Shown one piece after another: positions 17,024 through 28,792 of a stretch of 64,000 bases of DNA (within the stretch, counting starts at the first letter, position 1; the number at the start of each line of letters is the position of its first letter). The position numbers were made by a program, and so were the translations under genes. Source of the stretch: an uncultured Desulfovibrionaceae bacterium (GTDB lineage: Bacteria; Bacillota; Dethiobacteria; DTU022; UBA8154). The stretch spans positions 8,503 through 72,502 of the forward strand of contig CAZOOA010000003.1 of assembly GCA_964581355.1 (NCBI GenBank), read 5' to 3'. The notes under the pieces were generated by a model. The model was not told the DNA's origin. It saw nothing but the letters and a program-made list of their open reading frames with translations, and made no database searches.

Positions 17024-18277
17024 GTGTTAACTGTTTTGCCAGTTTATCAAGCGCAGGAACAGATTCTTCATTCCATGTCAGGTGTCACTACCAGTGCAAT
17101 GCTGGCTGCTGCTGCTGAATCCCTGGGGAAAGTGGTGGCAGAGCAGGTGGTATCCCCTGAAATGGTTCCACCCTGTGCCCGTTCGACCATGGATGGTTTT
17201 GCTGTCCGTTCTGAAGATACTTTTGGAGCAACGGACAGCCTGCCCTCGCTTTTGCTATTAAAAGGTAAGATTTCCATGGGGGTAGAGCCAGAACATAAAC
17301 TGGGTTCCTGGGAAGCCATGGAGATTTCTACCGGTGGCATGCTGCCAGAAGGTAGCGATAGTGTTGTGATGCTGGAATACTGTGAAGTGATGGGAGACCA
17401 GGTGGCTGTCTACCGACCGACGGCACCACTGGAAAATATTATTTCCGCGGGTGAAGACTATAATCCGGGTGATGAAGTGCTGCCCTTGGGGCATAAAATC
17501 AGACCTCAGGATTTAGGAATTCTGGCTGCACTGGGGATTACAGGGGTTCGGGTTTACTCCCCGCCCCGGGTTGTTATTTTTTCCACAGGAGATGAAGTGG
17601 TCTCCCCTGATCAATCGCCGAATCCAGGCCAAATCCGTGATGTAAATGGACCGACCTTGTCAGCTCTGGTTCTGGAAAGCGGGGGGATTCCAGACTACCG
17701 GGGCATTATACCTGATAGCCATGAAGCCCTGGAAGAGGGACTTCTTCAGGTGCTGGACAACTGTGACCTGGTGCTTGTTTCGGGTGGAAGCTCCGTTGGG
17801 ACAAGGGATGTTACAGCCCGGGTTATGGATCAATTGCCGGGAAACGGTGTGTTGTTTCACGGTGTTTCCATGCGTCCGGGAAAACCTCTGATTTATGGAG
17901 TGGGACAGGGCAAGCCTGTTTTTGGACTGTCCGGTAATCCTGTTTCTGCCATATTTGGTTTTTTGCTGTTTGTCAGGCCCCTGCTGCGTCAACTGCAGGG
18001 TCTGCAAGCTTTTCCGGCTTACCCACCGTACGTGAAGGCCTGCCTTGACACGAACTTTGCCTCACCGGGGGGGCGGGAAGATTATGTGAGAGTTATGCTT
18101 GATGACTTTGCGTGTCAAGACAAAGAAACGGCATCCAATGATTTGCCTCGGGCAAAACCGGTTTTTGGAGGCCCGGGGCTTTTGAACCCTGTAGTCAAGG
18201 GGGACGGTTACTTTGTAATTCCCAGGGATGTAGAGGGTCTGAACAAAGGAAGCCCTGTGAAAGTATTTCTATGGTGA
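17024..18277 (+). CDS. moeA: Molybdopterin molybdotransferase MoeA
   Basis: STMDGFAV, ISTGGMLPEGSDSVVMLE, STGDEV, SGGSSVG, RPGKP, LSGNP motifs; GTG 17024 after GAGGTG. Confidence 0.93.
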   Translation: MLTVLPVYQAQEQILHSMSGVTTSAMLAAAAESLGKVVAEQVVSPEMVPPCARSTMDGFAVRSEDTFGATDSLPSLLLLKGKISMGVEPEHKLGSWEAMEISTGGMLPEGSDSVVMLEYCEVMGDQVAVYRPTAPLENIISAGEDYNPGDEVLPLGHKIRPQDLGILAALGITGVRVYSPPRVVIFSTGDEVVSPDQSPNPGQIRDVNGPTLSALVLESGGIPDYRGIIPDSHEALEEGLLQVLDNCDLVLVSGGSSVGTRDVTARVMDQLPGNGVLFHGVSMRPGKPLIYGVGQGKPVFGLSGNPVSAIFGFLLFVRPLLRQLQGLQAFPAYPPYVKACLDTNFASPGGREDYVRVMLDDFACQDKETASNDLPRAKPVFGGPGLLNPVVKGDGYFVIPRDVEGLNKGSPVKVFLW

Positions 18278-18293
18278 AGGAGCGTTTAATCAA

Positions 18294-20210
18294 TTGGCTA
18301 GGAACGTATATCTTAGCAATACATCGCTGAGCAAGGCCCGAGATCTTTTCCTGGAGCACGCCCTGAAACATCCTTTATTGTCAGAACCGATTCCTGCCGA
18401 GGAATCAGTGGGCCGGGTAACATCTGCTCCGGTTTTCGCCGAAATATCTTCCCCTCATTATCATGCAGCAGCCATGGATGGACTGGCTGTGCACTCCTCT
18501 AAAACGTTTGGAGCAACGCTTACAGCTCCCAGGCAGCTTGTCATCGGGGAAGAGGTTTTTTATGTGGATACTGGTGGCATGGTGCCCCATGGCTGTGATG
18601 CGGTGATTATGATTGAAGATGTTTTCTACCCGGATCCGGATAATGACAGGATTGTGGAAATCCGGTCCCCGGCAACTCCGTGGCAGCATATCCGGTCTAT
18701 TGGAGAAGATATTGTAGCTACAGAAATGATTTTGCCTTCATACCATAAAATCAGGCCCTTTGATTTGGGTGCGGTGCTGAACGGCGGCGTTAACCAGTTG
18801 ACTGTGCTGAAAAAGCCCCAGGTGGCTTTAATTCCTACAGGGTCAGAACTCGTGCCACCGGGAAGACTTCCCGGCCCAGGTGAAATAACCGAATCCAACT
18901 CTTATATGTTTGAAGCAGCCATCAAGGAGTGGGGAGGGGAAGCGTTCAGGCTTCCTATTATCAGGGATGAACCGGAAGCAATCAAGGAAGCTGTCCAGCA
19001 GGCAGTGAAAAATTTTGACCTGGTACTGGTCAGTGCGGGCTCTTCTGCCGGGCGGAAGGATCATACTGCGGCGATTATATCTGAGCTGGGAGAAGTCCTG
19101 GTTCATGGAGTTGCGATGAAACCTGGAAAACCAGTAATTTTGGGGATAATTGATGATGTTCCTGTGATAGGCGTGCCGGGATATCCGGTAGCTGCGTACA
19201 TGAACATGGAGCTTTTTGTCCTGCCGCTGCTATCCCGCTGGCAAAAGCAGGAGCCGGTTGAACGGCCTGCTGCAGAGGCATACAGTTCGCGTCGGGTACT
19301 TTCCTCATTAAAAGATGAAGAATTTTTACGCTTAAAGATTGGCAGGGTCGATGATCGCCTGGTGGCTACACCCCTGCCCAGGGGGTCCGGTGTATCCTTA
19401 TCCCTGGTAAAAGCGGATGGCTCTACCTCCATTCCCCAAAATAAGGAAGGAATTGAAGTGGGGGAAAAATTTAGGACAGAATTATGGCGCCCCAGACGGG
19501 AAATTGAAAACACAGTGGTCTGCCTGGGCAGTCACGATTTGAGCCTGGATATCTTGGCCGATTTCCTGCGCCGCAGGGCAAGCGAATACTTTCTTTCTTC
19601 CGCCCATGTAGGCAGCATGGGCGGAATTATGGCCTTGAAGCGAAAAGAAGTGCATCTGGCAGGGATCCATCTGCTGGATACGGAAAGCGGGGTTTATAAC
19701 GTTCCGTACCTGAAACGATTTCTCCCGGAGCTGGAGTTAGTCCTGGTGCATCTGGCAAAAAGGGAACTGGGGTTGATTGTCGCCCCCGGAAACCCCAAAA
19801 AGATTCATTGCCTGGATGATTTGACCAGGGAGGATGTGGTGTTTATTAACCGGCAGCAGGGCGCTGGAACCCGTCTATTCCTGGACTACAAACTGAAAGA
19901 GACTGGACTTGACCATAAAGCCATTACGGGATACAACCGGGAGGAGTTCAACCACCTCTCTGTAGCTGCATCTGTTAAAGCAGGAAGTGCTGACGCCGGA
20001 CTGGGGATTCGGGCGGCAGCCCGTGCCCTGGAAACAGATTTTACCCCCCTGGCCTGGGAGCCCTATGAGTTGGCCCTGCCGACAGATTTCTTTCATAGTG
20101 AGGCCTTTCAAGCACTGCTGGAGATCATCCGTTCTGCCCCCTTTGGAGGGGCGGTGGAAGCGATGGGTGGCTATGATTTAAGTGAAAGCGGCAGCCACCA
20201 GTTTATCTAA
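18294..20210 (+). CDS. MoeA fused to a C-terminal periplasmic-binding-fold (LysR-substrate-like) domain
   Basis: AAMDGLAV, KPGKP, PGYP MoeA motifs, then GSHDLSL, GSMGGIMAL, FINRQQGAGTR PBP domain. Confidence 0.9.
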   Translation: MARNVYLSNTSLSKARDLFLEHALKHPLLSEPIPAEESVGRVTSAPVFAEISSPHYHAAAMDGLAVHSSKTFGATLTAPRQLVIGEEVFYVDTGGMVPHGCDAVIMIEDVFYPDPDNDRIVEIRSPATPWQHIRSIGEDIVATEMILPSYHKIRPFDLGAVLNGGVNQLTVLKKPQVALIPTGSELVPPGRLPGPGEITESNSYMFEAAIKEWGGEAFRLPIIRDEPEAIKEAVQQAVKNFDLVLVSAGSSAGRKDHTAAIISELGEVLVHGVAMKPGKPVILGIIDDVPVIGVPGYPVAAYMNMELFVLPLLSRWQKQEPVERPAAEAYSSRRVLSSLKDEEFLRLKIGRVDDRLVATPLPRGSGVSLSLVKADGSTSIPQNKEGIEVGEKFRTELWRPRREIENTVVCLGSHDLSLDILADFLRRRASEYFLSSAHVGSMGGIMALKRKEVHLAGIHLLDTESGVYNVPYLKRFLPELELVLVHLAKRELGLIVAPGNPKKIHCLDDLTREDVVFINRQQGAGTRLFLDYKLKETGLDHKAITGYNREEFNHLSVAASVKAGSADAGLGIRAAARALETDFTPLAWEPYELALPTDFFHSEAFQALLEIIRSAPFGGAVEAMGGYDLSESGSHQFI

Positions 20211-20236
20211 ATAATATAAAGGCAGGTTTTGCGGTA

Positions 20237-20806
20237 ATGAATGAACAGCATAAACATCCGTCTGCAGGCATGATCCGCGTTGCAGTGATTACGGCTAGCG
20301 ACCGAAGCGCCCGGGGAGAAAGAGAGGACTTAAGCGGGCAGGTGATCCAGGAAATTGCCGGTTCTCAGGGCTGGGAGATGGTCCATTATAGCGTTGTTCC
20401 AGATGAGAAAGAAAAGCTAAAAAATGCAATGTTGCACCTGGCGGACCGGGAAGAAGCCTCCTTAATTTTGACGACCGGGGGGACCGGCCTGGCTCCCCGG
20501 GATTTTACTCCGGAAGCGACCCTGGAGATTATTGACAAGTTAGTTCCCGGCATTTCTGAGATGATGCGCCGGGAAAGCTTGAAAAAAACTCCCCATGCCA
20601 TGCTTTCCCGGGCTGTTGCCGGCACCCGTCACAAGTCACTGATCATCAATCTTCCCGGAAGCCCCAAAGCGGTCCGGGAGTGCCTGGATGTGGTTATTCC
20701 AGTTGTTCCTCATGCAGTTGAACTGCTGCAGGGTTCCGTCTCCGACTGTGCCCAAAACGCCCCAATGGATAAGAATAATTTGCCTTCGAGTGGGTATAAT
20801 ACATGA
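20237..20806 (+). CDS. mogA: Molybdopterin adenylyltransferase (MogA/MoaB family)
   Basis: ITASDR..REDLSG, TTGGTGLAPRDFTPEAT, NLPGSPKAVREC. Confidence 0.88.
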   Translation: MNEQHKHPSAGMIRVAVITASDRSARGEREDLSGQVIQEIAGSQGWEMVHYSVVPDEKEKLKNAMLHLADREEASLILTTGGTGLAPRDFTPEATLEIIDKLVPGISEMMRRESLKKTPHAMLSRAVAGTRHKSLIINLPGSPKAVRECLDVVIPVVPHAVELLQGSVSDCAQNAPMDKNNLPSSGYNT

Positions 20807-20952
20807 TGTTCCATCAAATGAAAATTTAAGTAAATGGCAGTTATAGTGAGAAATATGTTGTATTAGAGACATAATTAACAATAATGGCCTGAAAAGGTTA
20901 AATTTTTGATTTGCTTTCTTTACACCTGTAGCGGTAATATAACTATGGTTGA

Positions 20953-20979
20953 TTAGCACTCACCTGAAGCGAGTGCTAA
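20953..20979. promoter_or_regulatory. CIRCE element (HrcA operator)
   Basis: Exact TTAGCACTC-N9-GAGTGCTAA upstream of groES. Confidence 0.97.
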
Positions 20980-21043
20980 CAAAACTGTGCCAGCTTTATT
21001 CAAACAACTTTATAACAATAATAAATCCAAGGAGGTAGCCGTT

Positions 21044-21331
21044 ATGAACCTGAAACCTTTAGGTGACCGAGTAATTATCAAAGTCCTGGAAAAGGAGGAG
21101 AAGACCAGTTCAGGCATTGTTCTTCCCGATAAAGCCAGGGAAAAGCCCCAGGAGGGTGAAGTGAAAGCGGTTGGTGATGGCAAGGTGCTGGATGACGGGA
21201 CAAGAGTTCAGATGGATGTAAAAGTGGGCGACAAGGTGATTTTTTCCAAGTACGCTGGCTCAGAAATCAAACTGGATGGGGAAGAATACCTGATTCTGCG
21301 CCAGGACGATATACTGGCGGTTTATTCTTAA
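21044..21331 (+). CDS. groES: Co-chaperonin GroES
   Basis: [10 protein letters not shown]...[10 protein letters not shown]...KYAGSEIK; AAGGAGG RBS. Confidence 0.98.
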   Translation: MNLKPLGDRVIIKVLEKEEKTSSGIVLPDKAREKPQEGEVKAVGDGKVLDDGTRVQMDVKVGDKVIFSKYAGSEIKLDGEEYLILRQDDILAVYS

Positions 21332-21427
21332 TGGAAAGGTATGCCAGTGCATGTTGAAATGGCTTACTTGTCTTTCCGGAAATTGAGGCAGTGATTTATA
21401 TTATTAGAATCTATATTACTTATTTAG

Positions 21428-23062
<1,635 letters not shown>

Positions 23063-23074
23063 AATGCCAGGAAT

Positions 23075-23105
23075 AAAAAAAACCGGGAACCATCCCGGTT
23101 TTTTT
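23075..23105. terminator. Bidirectional intrinsic terminator after groEL
   Basis: A8-CCGGGA-ACCA-TCCCGG-T7. Confidence 0.9.
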
Positions 23106-23186
23106 GTTTTTCAGCAGGAAATGGAAAAGGGTTTACCGAAATAATGAGTCGTTTAATTTCCAGTTTTGTTGAAGGAGCAAATAGTA

Positions 23187-24725
23187 ATGGCAATTGCAGA
23201 AAAAGTTGTTATTGTTGATTTTGGTGGTCAGTATACTCAATTGATTGCCCGGAGAGTTAGGGAACTTAAGGTTTACTGTGAAATTCTGCCGTATACTGCT
23301 TCAGCGGAGAAGTTAAAAGCGGCCGAACCGGGTGGGCTTATTTTTTCTGGAGGCTCAGCCAGTGTGTATGACGGAGATGCCCCGCAATGTAATCCCGGTT
23401 TCTACGATCTGGGGGTTCCGGTTCTGGGCATTTGTTATGGCATGCAGTTGATGGCCCGGGATTTGGGTGGAGAGGTTGTGCAGGCGCGCAACCAGGAGTA
23501 TGGCAAAACAACCTTACGCGTTAAAAAAAGCAATAAACTGCTTTCCGGAGTGGACAAACAGTTTACGGCCTGGATGAGCCATGGCGATTATGTGACACGG
23601 GCACCTGAAGGGTTTGAAGTTCTGGCTGAAAGTGACAATACCCCTGTTGCTGCCATGGCCGATGACAAAAGGCATTTCTACGGTCTGCAGTTTCATCCCG
23701 AGGTAATTCACACTCCCCAGGGAAAAGCAATCCTAGGGAATTTTTTATTTGGGGTTTGCAACTTTTCCGGTAATTGGACCATGGAAAATTTTATTGAAAC
23801 CACCATTGCAGAAATCCGGAGAGAAGTTGGTGATAATAATAAGGTGGTCTGTGGTTTAAGCGGTGGGATTGATTCGTCCGTAGCAGCTACCCTGGTTCAT
23901 CAAGCCCTGGGTGATCGCCTAACCTGCATTTTTGTGGACCACGGGTTGCTTCGCAAGGGGGAAAGAGAGCAGGTTTTGGAGACCTTCGAGGGACGATTTC
24001 ACATGAATATCGTAGCAGTAGACGCCAGGGATGAATTCCTGGAAAGGTTAAAAGGTGTTACGGACCCCGAGGAAAAAAGGAAAGTGATCGGCAACCATTT
24101 TATCCGGGTTTTTGAGCAGGAAGCCGAAAAAGTGGGCCAGATCGATTACCTGGTCCAGGGGACCCTTTATCCCGATGTGATTGAAAGCGGTACAGCGACT
24201 GCATCGGTGATTAAATCCCATCACAATGTGGGTGGCCTGCCGGATGACATGAAATTTTCCTTGATTGAACCGCTGAAATACCTGTTCAAAGACGAGGTTC
24301 GCAAAGTGGCTGCGGAGTTGGGGCTTCCTGAAGAAATTGTCTGGCGACACCCCTTCCCGGGACCTGGTTTGGCGGTAAGAGTTTTAGGAGAAGTAACCCC
24401 CGAAAAGCTGGACCTGCTAAAAGAGGCTGATGCTATTGTTATCGAGGAGCTCAAAAATGCCGGGCTTTACCGGGAGATTTGGCAGGCTTTTGCTGTGCTG
24501 CCAGGAATAATGAGCGTAGGAGTGAAGGGAGACCGCAGGGTTTACGGTCATACAGTGGCTTTGCGGGCTGTGACCAGCCAGGATGGGATGACCGCCGAAT
24601 GGTATCCTTTCCCTTATGAAGTGCTGGAACGAATTTCTAATCGTTTGGTCAATGATATCCCGGAAGTAAACAGGTTTGTCTACGATTTAACCACCAAACC
24701 CCCGGGGACCATTGAGTGGGAATAG
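23187..24725 (+). CDS. guaA: GMP synthase (glutamine-hydrolysing)
   Basis: [53 protein letters not shown]. Confidence 0.98.
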   Translation: MAIAEKVVIVDFGGQYTQLIARRVRELKVYCEILPYTASAEKLKAAEPGGLIFSGGSASVYDGDAPQCNPGFYDLGVPVLGICYGMQLMARDLGGEVVQARNQEYGKTTLRVKKSNKLLSGVDKQFTAWMSHGDYVTRAPEGFEVLAESDNTPVAAMADDKRHFYGLQFHPEVIHTPQGKAILGNFLFGVCNFSGNWTMENFIETTIAEIRREVGDNNKVVCGLSGGIDSSVAATLVHQALGDRLTCIFVDHGLLRKGEREQVLETFEGRFHMNIVAVDARDEFLERLKGVTDPEEKRKVIGNHFIRVFEQEAEKVGQIDYLVQGTLYPDVIESGTATASVIKSHHNVGGLPDDMKFSLIEPLKYLFKDEVRKVAAELGLPEEIVWRHPFPGPGLAVRVLGEVTPEKLDLLKEADAIVIEELKNAGLYREIWQAFAVLPGIMSVGVKGDRRVYGHTVALRAVTSQDGMTAEWYPFPYEVLERISNRLVNDIPEVNRFVYDLTTKPPGTIEWE

Positions 24726-24763
24726 AATAACTTTGAAATTAGTAAGAGGAGGTTGATTGTTCC

Positions 24764-25294
24764 GTGGCAAGGGTTTATGTTTTTATGGGTAGTGACTCCG
24801 ACTTGCCGGTGATGGCCGGTTGCCTGGAAGCATTGGAACGGTTTGGGGTTGAATACGAGGTTCATATATCCTCGGCCCACCGGGTCCCGGAAAAAACAGC
24901 AGAGATGGCGCAAAATGCTGCATCCAGGGGAGTGGAGGTAATAGTGGCCGGCGCAGGAAGCGCAGCACACTTGGCCGGCGTGATCGCGTCGCACACACCC
25001 CTTCCAGTGATTGCTGTTCCCTTTAGCGGTTCGGCGCTGCAAGGGGTTGATGCTCTGTATGCTTCTGTTCAGATGCCCCGGGGAGTCCCCGTGGCCACTG
25101 TGGCCATTGACGGGGCTTTTAATGCTGGTATCCTGGCGGTTCAGATCCTGGGATTGAAGGATGGGCAGTTAGGGGAGAAAATGGCTGCTTACAAGGAAGA
25201 GCTATCCCGCCAGGTCCAGGAAAAAGATGCCAGACTCCAGGAAGTAGGGTATAAACAATACTTGGAGGAAAAGGGGAAAAATAGCCGCAAGTAG
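24764..25294 (+). CDS. purE: N5-CAIR mutase / AIR carboxylase PurE
   Basis: MGSDSD, SAHR, AGAGSAAHLAG, VQMPRGVPVATV. Confidence 0.96.
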   Translation: MARVYVFMGSDSDLPVMAGCLEALERFGVEYEVHISSAHRVPEKTAEMAQNAASRGVEVIVAGAGSAAHLAGVIASHTPLPVIAVPFSGSALQGVDALYASVQMPRGVPVATVAIDGAFNAGILAVQILGLKDGQLGEKMAAYKEELSRQVQEKDARLQEVGYKQYLEEKGKNSRK

Positions 25295-25303
25295 AAGCTT
25301 TCT

Positions 25304-25713
25304 ATACTAACCGCCACGGCCCTTGCGGGCCATGGGCAGGGGACGAAAATGGTTTTCAAAACCGTTTCCCGCCTGGATGAGGTCCGCTTTCCCTGTATCG
25401 GCGACTTTGTCAAGCGGCTAAATAGAAATGAAGCTACCTTTTACGGTATACTCTGGTTGCACGCTCGCCACACCAGGGCAGCGCGGCGGTTGCCGGACCC
25501 GCCCGGTGCATGTGCAGTGAAGATGCAAGTTACTGCGAAACGAGGGCCGGGAGGGGACCCGGCCGGCATGGATGCCGGCCGCCTGGCAGCCGAAGCATGG
25601 AGGCTGAGTCTGCAGGTTGGTCCCCGGAGGGCCAAGTAGAGCAGCTTAACTTGCCTGAAGCGAACCTAAACCGGCGGTTCCGGCATTCGCCAACGCTGCC
25701 ATTTTCATACTAA
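25304..25713 (+). mobile_element. Non-coding hairpin-rich element, family 1 copy B, inside the pur operon
   Basis: ATACTAA at 25304-25310 and 25707-25713; CGAAAATGG (25344-25352) / CCATTTTCAT (25699-25708) inverted pair; 28 of first 29 bp identical to the reverse complement of copy A's end. Confidence 0.7.
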
Positions 25714-25729
25714 AGAAGAGGTGTTGCTG

Positions 25730-27031
25730 TTGATTGAAAGATACACCCGGCCGGAAATGGGTCGCATCTGGACCATGGAGAACCGTTACCAGAAATTCCT
25801 GGATATAGAGATCGCTGTTTGTAATGTTTTGGCTGAAAAAGGACTGATTCCACAGGACGCCGCCCGGGCTATTGAGCAGAAAGCTTCTTTTTCCCTGGAG
25901 CGGATAGAAGAGCTGGAAAAAAGCATCCGGCACGATGTGGTGGCATTCACTCGTTGCGTGGCAGAAAGCTTGGGAGATGAATCCCGGTATTTTCATTACG
26001 GGTTGACCTCCTACGACGTGGTGGATACAGCTCTTTCCCTGTTACTCCGGGAGGCTGTCCAATTAATCGAAAAGGGTTTGGAAGAACTTTTGCAGGCGGT
26101 AAAAATTCAGGCGTTGGCTCACCGGGATACCGTTATGGTGGGAAGGACTCACGGAATTCACGCCGAACCCATTACTCTGGGCCTTAAATTTGCCCTCTGG
26201 TGGGATGAACTGAGGCGTTACCGCTTTCGCCTGGAAAGAGCCCGGGAAGCCATTTCGTACGGGAAAATTTCCGGCGCAGTAGGTACTTACTCCCAGCTGT
26301 CCCCTGAGGTAGAATTGATGGTTTGTAGCCGACTGGGCTTAAAACCGGCACCGGTTTCCACCCAGATTCTGCAGCGAGACAATCACGGGGAGTTGGTTTC
26401 ATTCCTGGCCCTGCTGGCGTCATCCCTGGATAAGTTTGCTGTTGAGATCCGCAGTTTGCAGAAGACCGAGGTCCGGGAAGTGGAGGAGCCGTTTTACCAG
26501 GGGCAGAAAGGATCTTCAGCTATGCCGCACAAGCGCAATCCTGTTTCCAGTGAGCAGGTATGCGGGTTGGCACGGCTGGTTCGCTCTCACGCCCAGGTGG
26601 CTTTGGAAAACATACCTCTCTGGCATGAACGGGATATTTCTCATTCTTCTGCAGAAAGGGTAATTTTTCCCGATGCAACCATCCTGGTGGATTACATGCT
26701 GCACCAGATTACCAGGATTGTTTCCGGCCTGATCGTTTACCCGGATAACATGAAGGAAAACCTGGATAAAACACTGGGCCTGGTCTTTTCTCAAAATGTT
26801 TTGCTTTCCCTGGTGGAAAAAGGAATATCCCGGGAAGAAGCATATGACAGGATCCAGAAGCATGCGATGCAGGCCTGGGAAACAAATACGCCTTTCAAGC
26901 AACTCCTGGAAAATGACTCCTGGGTTTCTTCCTATCTTGATAACACTGAATTAGAATCCTGTTTTGACTACAGTAAGAATTTGCACCATGTACCGGCGAT
27001 TTTCCAGCGCCTGGGGCTGGAGCAGCAATAA
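25730..27031 (+). CDS. purB: Adenylosuccinate lyase
   Basis: IERYTR, RHDVVAF, GRTHGIHAEP, GSSAMPHKRNP. Confidence 0.97.
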   Translation: MIERYTRPEMGRIWTMENRYQKFLDIEIAVCNVLAEKGLIPQDAARAIEQKASFSLERIEELEKSIRHDVVAFTRCVAESLGDESRYFHYGLTSYDVVDTALSLLLREAVQLIEKGLEELLQAVKIQALAHRDTVMVGRTHGIHAEPITLGLKFALWWDELRRYRFRLERAREAISYGKISGAVGTYSQLSPEVELMVCSRLGLKPAPVSTQILQRDNHGELVSFLALLASSLDKFAVEIRSLQKTEVREVEEPFYQGQKGSSAMPHKRNPVSSEQVCGLARLVRSHAQVALENIPLWHERDISHSSAERVIFPDATILVDYMLHQITRIVSGLIVYPDNMKENLDKTLGLVFSQNVLLSLVEKGISREEAYDRIQKHAMQAWETNTPFKQLLENDSWVSSYLDNTELESCFDYSKNLHHVPAIFQRLGLEQQ

Positions 27032-27057
27032 AAAGAATAGAAAAGGAGTAAAGTACA

Positions 27058-27768
27058 TTGAAGAAAAAAGATTTTCTTTATGAAGGAAAAGCTAAAAAGA
27101 TCTTTCGTACCGATGATCCGGACCTGATGATCGTGGAATTTAAAGATGTGGCAACTGCTTTTGATGGCCTAAAGATGGAAAGCCTGGAAAACAAAGGGGT
27201 CTTGAACAACAAAATATCTTCGATTATTTTTGAGTTGCTTGATCAAGAAAAAGTGCCAACTCATTATGTTCGAGCCCTCAGTGACCGGGAGATGCTGGTT
27301 AAGTCCCTGGATATCATCCCGGTGGAAATTATTGTCAGAAACATTGTGGCCGGTAGTCTTACCAAGCGTATGGGATTGGAAGAAGGAATAACCCTCGAAA
27401 AAACCGTCCTGGAATATAACTTGAAAAATGATGAACTCCATGATCCCATGCTGAACCGCTACCATATTTATGCCCTGGACCTGGCAACAGCTGAGGAGAT
27501 GGACCAGATTGAAACAATTGCCTTAAAAGTAAATGATATATTAAGGCCTTACCTGTTAAACCGGAATATGGTTTTAGTTGATTTCAAGTTGGAATTTGGA
27601 CGCCACAAAGGTGAAATTTTGTTGGGGGACGAAATTACACCGGATACCTGCCGCTTTTGGGATGCTGTTTCCGGGGAAAAGATGGATAAAGATCGTTTTC
27701 GCCGGGAAATGGGCCAGGTAACCGAAGCATACCAGGAAGTGCTCAAAAGACTGCAGGAGGGAAACTAA
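27058..27768 (+). CDS. purC: SAICAR synthetase
   Basis: [34 protein letters not shown]. Confidence 0.97.
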   Translation: MKKKDFLYEGKAKKIFRTDDPDLMIVEFKDVATAFDGLKMESLENKGVLNNKISSIIFELLDQEKVPTHYVRALSDREMLVKSLDIIPVEIIVRNIVAGSLTKRMGLEEGITLEKTVLEYNLKNDELHDPMLNRYHIYALDLATAEEMDQIETIALKVNDILRPYLLNRNMVLVDFKLEFGRHKGEILLGDEITPDTCRFWDAVSGEKMDKDRFRREMGQVTEAYQEVLKRLQEGN

Positions 27769-27769
27769 A

Positions 27770-28027
27770 TTGACCACCTGGAAAGCCAAAATTGAAGTAA
27801 CCTTTAAGAAAAGTGTGCTCGATCCCCAGGGTGTAGCCGTGGAGAAGGCCCTGGGTGTCCTGGGGTACAACAACGTGGAAAATGTCCGGGTGGGAAAGTA
27901 CCTGGAACTGGTCTTGCGGACTGGAAGTGAGAGCGAAGCCAGGCAGCAGGTGGATGAGATGTGCCAGAGGCTTTTAACAAACCCGGTCATTGAGGAATAT
28001 TCTTACAGGATCGAACAGCAGGATTGA
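27770..28027 (+). CDS. purS: FGAM synthase subunit PurS
   Basis: KKSVLDPQG, VRVGKYLEL, LLTNPVIEEY. Confidence 0.96.
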   Translation: MTTWKAKIEVTFKKSVLDPQGVAVEKALGVLGYNNVENVRVGKYLELVLRTGSESEARQQVDEMCQRLLTNPVIEEYSYRIEQQD

Positions 28028-28048
28028 AAAGTTAAATCAGGGGAGGGG

Positions 28049-28792
28049 ATGGGTGCTTTAAAGGAGGCAGCGAGTCTCCGGCGCCCGGATTTTATGAAAT
28101 TTGGAGTTATTGTTTTTCCAGGTTCCAACTGCGACCTGGATGCATATCACATGGTCAGAGATGTATTAAATAAGCCGGTGGACTATATCTGGCACCAGGA
28201 AAAAACCCTGCGGGGAGCCGACTGCATCATTTTGCCCGGGGGGTTTACTTATGGGGATTACCTGCGTCCCGGCGCCATCGCCAGTTTCTCCCCGGTGATG
28301 GAAGCGGTGAAATCTTTTGCTGAAAACGGGGGCCTGGTATTGGGTATTTGCAACGGTTTCCAGGTTTTAGTGGAATCCGGCCTGCTGCCGGGGGCCCTTT
28401 ACCGCAATATTCACCTTCAATTCAGGTCTGCCTGGGCTTACCTGCGGGTAGAAAACCCGGACCTTCCTTATACCCGGAAGGCTGCTGCCGGGCATGTTTT
28501 GAAAATACCTGTAGCCCACGGCGACGGCAATTATTATTGTGATCCTGAAACGCTGGAACAATTGAAAAAATACAACCGCATCGCCTTTCGCTATGTTACA
28601 GCCGGGGGTGAGGCGGAGCCCGGGGCCAACCCGAACGGCTCTGTCGATCATATTGCGGGCATTTGTAATGCCCGGGGTAATGTGCTGGGAATGATGCCTC
28701 ACCCGGAAAGGGCTGGGGAAGCTCTTTTGGGCAGCGAAGACGGCCGCCTGATATTTGAGTCTATACTGGAACACTGGGGTGAAAGTGCATGA
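28049..28792 (+). CDS. purQ: FGAM synthase glutaminase subunit PurQ
   Basis: [32 protein letters not shown]; start may be 28094. Confidence 0.97.
   Translation: MGALKEAASLRRPDFMKFGVIVFPGSNCDLDAYHMVRDVLNKPVDYIWHQEKTLRGADCIILPGGFTYGDYLRPGAIASFSPVMEAVKSFAENGGLVLGICNGFQVLVESGLLPGALYRNIHLQFRSAWAYLRVENPDLPYTRKAAAGHVLKIPVAHGDGNYYCDPETLEQLKKYNRIAFRYVTAGGEAEPGANPNGSVDHIAGICNARGNVLGMMPHPERAGEALLGSEDGRLIFESILEHWGESA

Noticed and set aside
25349-25639. 96-aa ORF and neighbours inside element B
   Set aside because: No recognisable domain, composition driven by hairpins, no counterpart in copy A; not fully excluded because a GGGGA precedes the ATG
25311-25706. ZTP (pfl) or purine riboswitch in the pur operon
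   Set aside because: CGCCTGGC resembles part of the pfl 3' strand, but the paired GACUG/GUGG core is missing, and the segment is bounded by family-1 element ends
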